This document shows positions 1-7,511 of a stretch of 64,000 nt of DNA, piece by piece. Under the pieces are notes generated by a model, which saw only the letters and a program-made list of their open reading frames with translations, was not told the DNA's origin and did no database searches. Each line of letters starts with the position of its first letter. Position 1 is the first letter of the stretch. The stretch lies in the IMG/VR virus record IMGVR_UViG_3300038427_000078. The stretch is one strand, 5' to 3'. This DNA comes from a virus. The translations under genes were made by a program, and so were the position numbers.

Positions 1-214
1 GAATATTGCCATTGATATCTGCGTTTGGATGATCCTTGCCAATGTGGATGAATCTAGTACCCTTGGGACCAGGCCATGTATGACCATCCGCTGTACTTCG
101 ATAGCGTCTTAGATCCGATGGACGTTTACGTCGAATACGTTCGTAGTGCATCTGGCAGAATCCACGGGCATGTATCTGACGGTCGCACCCAGGATGTTTA
201 CACGTCTTGCTCAT
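1..214 (-). CDS. HNH homing endonuclease, N-terminal part (runs off window edge)
   Basis: Manual translation from ATG at 214: MSKTCKHPGCDRQIHARGFCQMHYERIRR...RFIHIGKDHPNADINGNI. Same C-x4-C-x9-C-x2-HY N-terminus as the HNH ORFs at 48049 and 56985. Extended -10 TGCTATCCT lies 6 nt upstream. Confidence 0.75.
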   Translation of the reverse strand, partial: MSKTCKHPGCDRQIHARGFCQMHYERIRRKRPSDLRRYRSTADGHTWPGPKGTRFIHIGKDHPNADINGNI

Positions 215-292
215 ATAGATAGGATAGCAGAATAACGTAGATTACAAAGCATCATCTAGTGGTCCGACTACAAAAATCAGGCTTGCTAGCTT

Positions 293-305
293 GTAATGAA
301 CGATG
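293..305 (+). promoter_or_regulatory. Putative late-promoter motif GTAATGAACG-ATG
   Basis: One of 12 copies of NTAA-D-R-R-N-Y-G-ATG that end exactly on a start codon. Confidence 0.55.
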
Positions 306-704
306 AGCACACCTACATTCACCGGAACCTTCGAAGGCTCGTTTCCGGGTCTTTTCGTACGCGAACCATTCCAAGCATTGATCGCATCTACCAGTGCAGC
401 AGAAGCCCTCAGCGTGCAGCAGACTTCTCCGGATGGGGCCGAAGGGGTCATTCTCGCGTTTTACTCCACAGCGCATGCAGGCACCAATAGCTACGATCTA
501 GTCGTAGAAGGATATGACGATGAGGCCGCTGTATATCATCACATCGTTACCAAAGGCTATAGTGGTGCGACCGAAAAATCAGAATTGTGGATCCCCTTCG
601 GTCCGTTAGCTGGGAAAGGCGAACCCTTGTTCTACCATTGGCGATTGAAGTTCCTCAATAGCGAACCTGGCATCACTTTCAACGCCAACTTACAATACGT
701 CTGA
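303..704 (+). CDS. Hypothetical protein, probably virion-associated beta-sandwich
   Basis: 133-aa ORF behind the late motif. TGATG coupling to the next gene. Confidence 0.6.
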   Translation: MSTPTFTGTFEGSFPGLFVREPFQALIASTSAAEALSVQQTSPDGAEGVILAFYSTAHAGTNSYDLVVEGYDDEAAVYHHIVTKGYSGATEKSELWIPFGPLAGKGEPLFYHWRLKFLNSEPGITFNANLQYV

Positions 705-1261
705 TGGCACGCTTCACAACTCTCAACTCGACCAAAGTAGCCGAATCCGCGACTATCTACGGTCGTCCTTCCAACACCGACTTCGCTGAATACATCACGG
801 GTCAAGCCTTCTCCGAAAAGAAAGGAATCGTCCGAGTCGAAGAGTGCTACGACCTCCCGGTCTTCCCTGCCCTTCTCAACAACGATGGCACTCTCGCGAC
901 TCCGCCTGTGGCGGAAAACACAGGCCGATTCGAAGGCCATGGCGCAGGCTTGCCGGTGGCTCCTCCGTCCTCTTCGGAAATCGCAGCGAACCAGAAAACT
1001 CGGAAGGAAGAACGCGAAGCCAAAGAAAACGAACTCTACAAACTCTGGTCAGAAGAAGGCCACTGGTCAGTTTGTACCTTCGCGGAAATCCAGGAACACG
1101 AAAAACCGCAGGGCTTGTGCGAATTCATTGTCAAAGAAGGCGTTGAGCTTTCGTTCAACGCTTACGCCGGTGCCCCGATGTGGCGAGTGTCATTCGAGGC
1201 AACCGCCGAAACAAAATTGGTGCGTATCTTCGCGCGAGCCTTCGAGCGTGGCAAGGTCTGA
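704..1261 (+). CDS. Hypothetical Glu-rich protein, probably structural
   Basis: 185 aa, GAA-rich codon use like the tail genes, with an E/K insert RKEEREAKENELYKLW. Confidence 0.6.
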   Translation: MARFTTLNSTKVAESATIYGRPSNTDFAEYITGQAFSEKKGIVRVEECYDLPVFPALLNNDGTLATPPVAENTGRFEGHGAGLPVAPPSSSEIAANQKTRKEEREAKENELYKLWSEEGHWSVCTFAEIQEHEKPQGLCEFIVKEGVELSFNAYAGAPMWRVSFEATAETKLVRIFARAFERGKV

Positions 1262-1279
1262 TCAGGCCGGGAGTGCCTG

Positions 1280-4200
1280 ATGAAAGACCCTTTCACGATC
1301 AACAACGCCGACCTCTCGCAGTGCCCCGATTGCGGCGCTCACTTTCAAGTAGACCCTCGCGGTGACATCCAGTCGGGTCCGTGCCCGGAATGTGGCGGCA
1401 CGCGCATGTTCATGGACCAGCCATCACCTGTGCAGTCTGACGGCACACTGCGCAACATGGTGGACAGTGACACTCAGAAAGATGCCGGGGGCAACCCGCT
1501 CAAAGAGGGTACGATCATGGGCGAAGATGGCGAACGCTCACTCGACCACCGTGACAACTACATGCACGGTCATGTCATCGCGGCTATCTTCGAGACTCCC
1601 GAGGAGCAGGAACAGCGCGAAGCCGAGGAAGCCGCTGGGCATGTCCACGTCGCTCCGGAGATAGTGAATCTACACGATCATCCTGACACCTGGCGCACAC
1701 CATCTCCGTTCGAGCCTCCTAAGAAGCCAGGTCTTATACAGCGCATGTTCGAAGCCAATTTGGTCATCACATCTGGCGTCTGCCCAGCCTGCGGCAAAAG
1801 CACTACGGTCTACCCGAACGGAGCCTCCGCTTGTAACAGTTACCTCTGCGGCAAGCATTGGGGACCGGACGGTCAAGAGGTAGACCACAAAGTCCCACCT
1901 GCGACCGAACCTCCGGGTCCAGTCAAAGGAGCCACGCCGTACCTCGACATCGACAAGATCAGCGCCGTGGATGTCTACACGCAGCCCAACTCTCAGGAAG
2001 GTGAGGGAGACAGCCAGAAGGCGCGTCTGTGGGACCGCATTGACAAGCTGCGTGACCAGGGCGAAGTGTCGGGCCTCTTGCCGAAGCAGAACTTCGACAA
2101 ACCCGCGTGGGAGCCGACCCTGTTCCAGACGCCGCAGATTCCCCGCTGCCGAGGCTGCAAGAAGCCGATAGCTGATTGGGGTGCGGCTGCCCAGGACGGA
2201 GTATACGAGTGCCCCGGCTGTTCGCAACTCAGCATGGTGACCAAGATAAGGCATCAAGGTGCCTCCAATCCCAGCGTAATAGATAGGAAGATGACTGACT
2301 TCGAGCGCCATAGCCGCAGCATGGAACCGTACGAGTCGCTATGGGAGCGTGAGGGTGGCTTGGTAAACGAAGAAGAGGCTGCTGGCAACCCGCAGCCCGG
2401 AGAGGCGCAGCCTCAGCAACAGCAGGGCGGCGGTGGAGGCGGAGGCTTGCCTGTACCCGGCGTCGGCGGCTTGATGAAGGGCGTCATGGGCGGAGGCGGA
2501 GAGGCCGGAGCCGGGGCCGCAGGCTTGGGCGAGGTCGCAGAGCTTGCTCCTCTCGCACTCCTCGCATTCGTGGACCAGAGCCACTATGAAACTCCTGCGT
2601 CAAACCCGGACGTTGGCACCAAGCATGACGACCCGGAGGAGGTCGATCAGAAGGAGTTCAACGACGGCGACAAATCACCGAAAAACATCAAGAACCCGGA
2701 GACAGGCGAACCGGGTGGTGTCACGCTGGGCGAGAAAGGTCACAACAAGGCCGACGACAGCATGGGGATGGACAACTTCGATGACCACAGCCCTGCGAGC
2801 GAGACTTTCCAGCAACTCCTCCCACTTCTGTTACACTTCTTCAATAGTGAGGAGTCCGGAGCCAACCACCCGGCGATCAAGGGACTACACGAAATGCTAG
2901 AGCAAGAGCACCCAGGATACTTGGACAAGGGTGACCCACATCACGCAGAGATTTTGATCCAGACGCTACAAGCGCCAAAGCATGCCGGTGCGCCTTCCGT
3001 TTGGGAAGAGACAGGCCAGCAAGTTCCATGCTCTACATGCCAGGCTAGCGGCAACCCTAACTGCCCTATGTGTCAAGGTAGAGGCACGATGCCCGAGCGC
3101 CGTTCAATTGTCTCACCTGATGAGATTGATCGTGCTGCTGAAATTCTTCGAGGAGGGGACCGTCGCCAGGCCGTTGTCGAAAATCCAGGAATGGCCGGAG
3201 AAGCACCTGAAATGGTGGGCGGCGGTGCTCCCGAAGCTAAGCCCTTCGCCGGGATGCAACCGGGAGGCATGGCCGAGCCTGGCATCGGAGGAGGTTGCCC
3301 TTCTTGCGGCGGTGCGCTCGATGGTGCTGGCGGATGCCCACAGTGCGGAACAGGTCAAGGCAACACGCAGACACAGCAGATGTCTCCTCTACCCGGAGGA
3401 TCGGCCTTCGCACAGCAAGCATTACAGACACCGCAGAATCCTCAGATGCGAGCCGCCAACCATCAGGGTCCGGTCACACCTGAGCAGATTTCTGTCATTC
3501 AGACATGGCTCATGGAACATGGTCGTCAAGAAGAGGTACCGAATGTACCCCTCGATCCGGGCAATCCCGAGTACGTCAAGATCCTCTCTGAAATCCAGGG
3601 CCGAGCAAACGTAGCTCCGCAGGTACAGCCACAGGAAGTCACTCCTCCGCCTCCACCGCCCTCTCCGGGTGGATCGATGCCGGTACCAGGCATGGGCGCA
3701 GGCGAAGCAGGCGGACAGCCAATGTCACCTGTCTCCTCCGTCAACGAGGACTTCCCTGACGACGCTCTCTTCTTCGACAAGATTTCAGGCAATTGGAGCA
3801 ACGGTTACGAAGCTCCGATGAAGCCGTCGCTCTTCGATGAGAAAGCGGGACTCGGTGCTCCGCCTGCCGAGGAGGAGCGCTACATCACCGCTCCCGATGG
3901 AAGGGTCATCGACACATGGGCGCACAACAACGTGTCCGCTCCGGAGGCTCTGACTCAGGACGACCAGTGGTGGCAGGATCACGATCTGTGGGCAGGCCAC
4001 ACCGCCGCTGACAACGTGGCTGAGCGCTGCCCTCAGTGCGGCTCAGCAACGACCGGCATGGTGGGCGACCAGGATGGCACACAGCACTGCCACTCATGCG
4101 GCAACAACTGGCGGAAATCTGACGAGATTGATGACGCAGGCATCGGTAGCAGCACACTCTCTCACACCGCAGCGCCCACGATCCAGGCTCCGAACCCGGT

Positions 4201-5167
4201 AGACGCTCCTGCCGCAGAGCAGGCATCGCCGCTCGACATCCAGCCGAACGAAGACTCAGGACTCACCTGGAAGGACGAGTCGGGCCAGCCGCTTGAGGCC
4301 GGTCAGACCTACATGATGAAGTCCACACAGTACCCGGTCCCGGACATGGTGAAGATCATGCGCGTGAAGCCGGATGGACTTGAAGTCAACGAGATTGGTA
4401 CCTTCGGCAACGACCCGAACGCTCTTCATCACACCATCCACGTTACACGCGAGGAAATGCAGGCCAACGAGTTGACCTTCCAGGTCGCTCCGCAGGACGC
4501 CGACGACCGCAACAACGAACCTCCGGTTGGTGGACAGGCTCCGGGCATGCCGCCCGTGCAAGAAACCACTGACCAGCGATCAGACGCGGACCAGAGCTTC
4601 CGCGCGAGCGTACAGGAGCAGGATGACAGGTGCCCGAAGTGCGGACACGCCGATGGCGACCTCACCAGCAAGGGACACCGCATCAGCCACTCCTCAACGA
4701 TGGTATCCGAGGATCAGGTCGAACACGAATGCTCGTACTGCGGGGAGAACTGGATCACGAAGGAAGAGATGGTCGAAGGACTTCACGCTACGGCAGGCGA
4801 GAACGGAGAACGCACCTGGGCCAATCCTGCCGCCGACTGGTTGAACGAAGACGAGGACAGTTGGGGCGAGGTTGACCGCCAGCGTATGCTCGCTGCGGCC
4901 TCACACCGAAGCCGCAACATCGGAGACATCCCTCGCGACAGGCACGCCCAGGAGGTCAAGGCGTACCTCGACAGCCAGCCATCCATCGTGAAGGAGGGCG
5001 GTCGCTACTTTAGTCCTATGGAGCAGCGGGGACTAATAGATGAGGATGGTGTGGCGCGTAACAGCGACATGCTCAACCTCGATGGGACGCACTACAAGCA
5101 TTCCAGAGAAGAGACAACAGTAGATCCAGACAGGGTGCCTCTAGAGCACATTCTCTTCGGGTTATAG
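1280..5167 (+). CDS. Large multi-Zn-ribbon head-associated (poly)protein
   Basis: 1295 aa with seven CxxC...CxxC pairs and G/P/Q linkers. The C-terminal GRYFSPMEQRGLIDEDGVARNSDMLNLDGTHY resembles head-region proteins of Bxz1-like phages (from recall). Confidence 0.7.
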   Translation: MKDPFTINNADLSQCPDCGAHFQVDPRGDIQSGPCPECGGTRMFMDQPSPVQSDGTLRNMVDSDTQKDAGGNPLKEGTIMGEDGERSLDHRDNYMHGHVIAAIFETPEEQEQREAEEAAGHVHVAPEIVNLHDHPDTWRTPSPFEPPKKPGLIQRMFEANLVITSGVCPACGKSTTVYPNGASACNSYLCGKHWGPDGQEVDHKVPPATEPPGPVKGATPYLDIDKISAVDVYTQPNSQEGEGDSQKARLWDRIDKLRDQGEVSGLLPKQNFDKPAWEPTLFQTPQIPRCRGCKKPIADWGAAAQDGVYECPGCSQLSMVTKIRHQGASNPSVIDRKMTDFERHSRSMEPYESLWEREGGLVNEEEAAGNPQPGEAQPQQQQGGGGGGGLPVPGVGGLMKGVMGGGGEAGAGAAGLGEVAELAPLALLAFVDQSHYETPASNPDVGTKHDDPEEVDQKEFNDGDKSPKNIKNPETGEPGGVTLGEKGHNKADDSMGMDNFDDHSPASETFQQLLPLLLHFFNSEESGANHPAIKGLHEMLEQEHPGYLDKGDPHHAEILIQTLQAPKHAGAPSVWEETGQQVPCSTCQASGNPNCPMCQGRGTMPERRSIVSPDEIDRAAEILRGGDRRQAVVENPGMAGEAPEMVGGGAPEAKPFAGMQPGGMAEPGIGGGCPSCGGALDGAGGCPQCGTGQGNTQTQQMSPLPGGSAFAQQALQTPQNPQMRAANHQGPVTPEQISVIQTWLMEHGRQEEVPNVPLDPGNPEYVKILSEIQGRANVAPQVQPQEVTPPPPPPSPGGSMPVPGMGAGEAGGQPMSPVSSVNEDFPDDALFFDKISGNWSNGYEAPMKPSLFDEKAGLGAPPAEEERYITAPDGRVIDTWAHNNVSAPEALTQDDQWWQDHDLWAGHTAADNVAERCPQCGSATTGMVGDQDGTQHCHSCGNNWRKSDEIDDAGIGSSTLSHTAAPTIQAPNPVDAPAAEQASPLDIQPNEDSGLTWKDESGQPLEAGQTYMMKSTQYPVPDMVKIMRVKPDGLEVNEIGTFGNDPNALHHTIHVTREEMQANELTFQVAPQDADDRNNEPPVGGQAPGMPPVQETTDQRSDADQSFRASVQEQDDRCPKCGHADGDLTSKGHRISHSSTMVSEDQVEHECSYCGENWITKEEMVEGLHATAGENGERTWANPAADWLNEDEDSWGEVDRQRMLAAASHRSRNIGDIPRDRHAQEVKAYLDSQPSIVKEGGRYFSPMEQRGLIDEDGVARNSDMLNLDGTHYKHSREETTVDPDRVPLEHILFGL

Positions 5168-5205
5168 ATACCAATAAATCATCCTTGTTCGGAACATAAA
5201 GGGTG

Positions 5206-5637
5206 ATGACCCGTTTCAAAGGCGACAAGGACATTGTGCCAACCCGTACGCATAAGGTGTGCGGCAAGTGCAAACTGGATAAGGAGCTAACCGCCTTTGG
5301 TTTGTCTTCGACATCTCGCGATGGACGCCGTAGTCGCTGTACGGAATGTCGAAGTCGGTACGACTGTAAAGACAAGGCACTACGATCACAACGGCAACGA
5401 GAACGCTATGACGAAGGCAAACGATTCGTAGATGACCTCAAGACCAAAGGGTCGTGTATCGATTGCAAACAGAAATTTCATCCAGTTTGCATGCAGTTTC
5501 ATCACCGTGATCCTGCAACCAAGATCAAAGCGGTCGCAGAAATGCTTAGCCATAGCCGTGAGACTCTGGAAGCCGAGATAGCTAAGTGCGATTTGATCTG
5601 CGCTAACTGCCATCTTCTGCGTACCTACGGAGGATAA
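5206..5637 (+). CDS. HNH homing endonuclease
   Basis: CGKC..CTEC N-terminal Zn finger and CIDC..MQFHHRDP..KCDLICANCH HNH core. Preceded by ATAAAGGGTG-ATG. Confidence 0.85.
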   Translation: MTRFKGDKDIVPTRTHKVCGKCKLDKELTAFGLSSTSRDGRRSRCTECRSRYDCKDKALRSQRQRERYDEGKRFVDDLKTKGSCIDCKQKFHPVCMQFHHRDPATKIKAVAEMLSHSRETLEAEIAKCDLICANCHLLRTYGG

Positions 5638-5688
5638 ATAGTAGGAAACCGATGTTCGGTCTGTAACCAACACAAAGGAGAGTAAGTC

Positions 5689-5934
5689 ATGTCAGATGAG
5701 CAAGCAGTACCAGAGGACAACAGAGAGCAGGAAATCGAGTGTTCCATTTGCGGTAGAGCAGGTATCCCGCCGAAGGCATGCACAACCTGCCTCGGCGGAG
5801 CTAAGGTGCAGGAGCGTGCCTACACCTTGAGCGAGCTACGCGGCATGAGCCAAGAGGAGCGGGACCGCATCACACGCGGTAATCGCCCGAGTGGTGCGCC
5901 ACCGAGAATCGTCCACTTGCCGGGTTCGGCGTGA
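5689..5934 (+). CDS. Small Zn-finger protein
   Basis: CSIC..CTTC, with SD AAAGGAG upstream. Confidence 0.65.
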   Translation: MSDEQAVPEDNREQEIECSICGRAGIPPKACTTCLGGAKVQERAYTLSELRGMSQEERDRITRGNRPSGAPPRIVHLPGSA

Positions 5935-5972
5935 GCACGTACAAACCAACGAAAACGGAAAGGTAACAGACG

Positions 5973-6872
5973 ATGGCATTCTTATTCCTACAAGGTCCAG
6001 AGGTCCGCAAGGTCAGCCGCAAGGAAGCCGAGGCAGCAATCCGCGAGCATGAGGACGTTCCCGCTGAGGGAGCAGAGGTCGCGGTCAGCGAGCTAGCAGG
6101 ACATTGGGTCGCAGCCGTCTACGTCGCTGACGCTCCGCCATTCAAGGCGGACGGTCCAGCAGACGCCGACGAGGAGATTCCTGGTCCGAAGAGCGAGTCA
6201 CCGGACGACGCCACACCGTCAGCAGATAACGGCGGCTCAGACGACAGCGATGGCCCGCCTTCTGACGACGGCGGCGACAGCGATGGACCGCCGAAGGACG
6301 ACAAGGGCGAGAAGGGTGGCGAGAAGCATGAGCTTGGAGAGGTACTTCACCTGCTCACCACACTCTTCGAAGGTCTTGGACTCCCGCTTCCAGGTGGACT
6401 TGGCGGATCGCCGGTTCCTGGTGAAGATCCTACCGCTGGTGGCCCTCCGGGTGCCGGTGGACCTCCTGGCGCTGGCGGACCCCCGCCTGGTGCTGGTGGA
6501 CCGCCTCCGGGTGGAGGACAGCCGGGACCGCTTGGTCACGGTGGACACCCCGCTGAACAGAGGATTCAGCATGAGCGTGCTCTCAAGCCGGGAGAAGTTC
6601 CTCCGGGATCAACTCCAATCGGCGCTCCCGCTTTCTCTCACATCCTAGCCAGCCACCCGGTGAAACCTCACCCGTGGGCCAACGTACTTGGCAAGAAGGC
6701 TACGTTCGAGACTGAGCCGGAACGAATCCCTGAGACACACACGGCTGAGGCTGTCACGGCGGAACTCAATTACCTCGCTCAAGGCACCGGCTACAAGGTG
6801 AAGCAGGTTCACATCGAAGTGGACCCGGCAACCGGCCACCGCATCGCACGCGGTCTACTCTCACGACGCTAA
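5973..6872 (+). CDS. Low-complexity head-region protein
   Basis: 299 aa with a D/S/G tract and GGPP(P)GA repeats, just upstream of the protease. Confidence 0.65.
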   Translation: MAFLFLQGPEVRKVSRKEAEAAIREHEDVPAEGAEVAVSELAGHWVAAVYVADAPPFKADGPADADEEIPGPKSESPDDATPSADNGGSDDSDGPPSDDGGDSDGPPKDDKGEKGGEKHELGEVLHLLTTLFEGLGLPLPGGLGGSPVPGEDPTAGGPPGAGGPPGAGGPPPGAGGPPPGGGQPGPLGHGGHPAEQRIQHERALKPGEVPPGSTPIGAPAFSHILASHPVKPHPWANVLGKKATFETEPERIPETHTAEAVTAELNYLAQGTGYKVKQVHIEVDPATGHRIARGLLSRR

Positions 6873-6882
6873 GGAGGTCGGC

Positions 6883-7068
6883 ATGGCCGATCTAGATGAC
6901 GCCATCCGCGATGAGTTCAATCGCATGCGTGGACGCCTCTGTGGATTCATAGAGGCTTGTGGTTTGCCAGAGCGCCAGGAGCGCGGAGCTATCGCCACTC
7001 TCAAGTCACTTTCGTACGACGCCGAGAACGAGATAGTTCGTTTGGTGGATGACCGGGACGAGCAGTAA
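6883..7068 (+). CDS. Hypothetical protein
   Basis: 61 aa with strong SD TAAGGAGG. Confidence 0.65.
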   Translation: MADLDDAIRDEFNRMRGRLCGFIEACGLPERQERGAIATLKSLSYDAENEIVRLVDDRDEQ

Positions 7069-7097
7069 CTAGCGCTCGTCCTGTGACGTAAAGAGCG

Positions 7098-7511
7098 ATG
7101 GCTACTAAAGTCTGCTCACGATGCGAACTTGAGAAGGAGTCGGATGACTTCTACTTCTACGCGGGAAGGTACTTCCCGTACTGCAAGGAATGCGCAGGCA
7201 AGGCCGACAAACGCCGTCGTGCCGAAGATCCTTTGCGCACCAAGCGCTCAGATCGAGCAGCGCATCTACGGCTATATGGTCTGACTTTAGCGGACTACGA
7301 TGCACTGCTTGAAGATCAGGGCGGTGTTTGCGCGATTTGTGGCACGGAAGAGAGTGGGCACGGGCGCACAGAACACTTCTTGGTCGATCATGACCACGAC
7401 ACAGATGAGGTTCGAGGACTTCTATGCCAGGGCTGCAATACTGGCCTGGGAGGATTTCGCGAGAACATAGACTCACTCAAATCGGCAATCGATTACTTGG
7501 AGAGATTCTAA
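7098..7511 (+). CDS. Endonuclease VII-family homing endonuclease
   Basis: YGLT..YD.LL..QGGVCAICG..LVDHDH.T.EVRGLLC..CN.GLG motif. TAATG overlap with the protease start. Confidence 0.9.
   Translation: MATKVCSRCELEKESDDFYFYAGRYFPYCKECAGKADKRRRAEDPLRTKRSDRAAHLRLYGLTLADYDALLEDQGGVCAICGTEESGHGRTEHFLVDHDHDTDEVRGLLCQGCNTGLGGFRENIDSLKSAIDYLERF

Noticed and set aside
6430-6545. GGPPGA tandem repeats as a DNA repeat element or collagen
   Set aside because: This is a degenerate protein-level low-complexity tract without sustained Gly-X-Y periodicity.
7424-7510. Longer N-terminus for the protease in the ORF track
   Set aside because: It overlaps the EndoVII core. The TAATG coupling at 7511 gives a better start.
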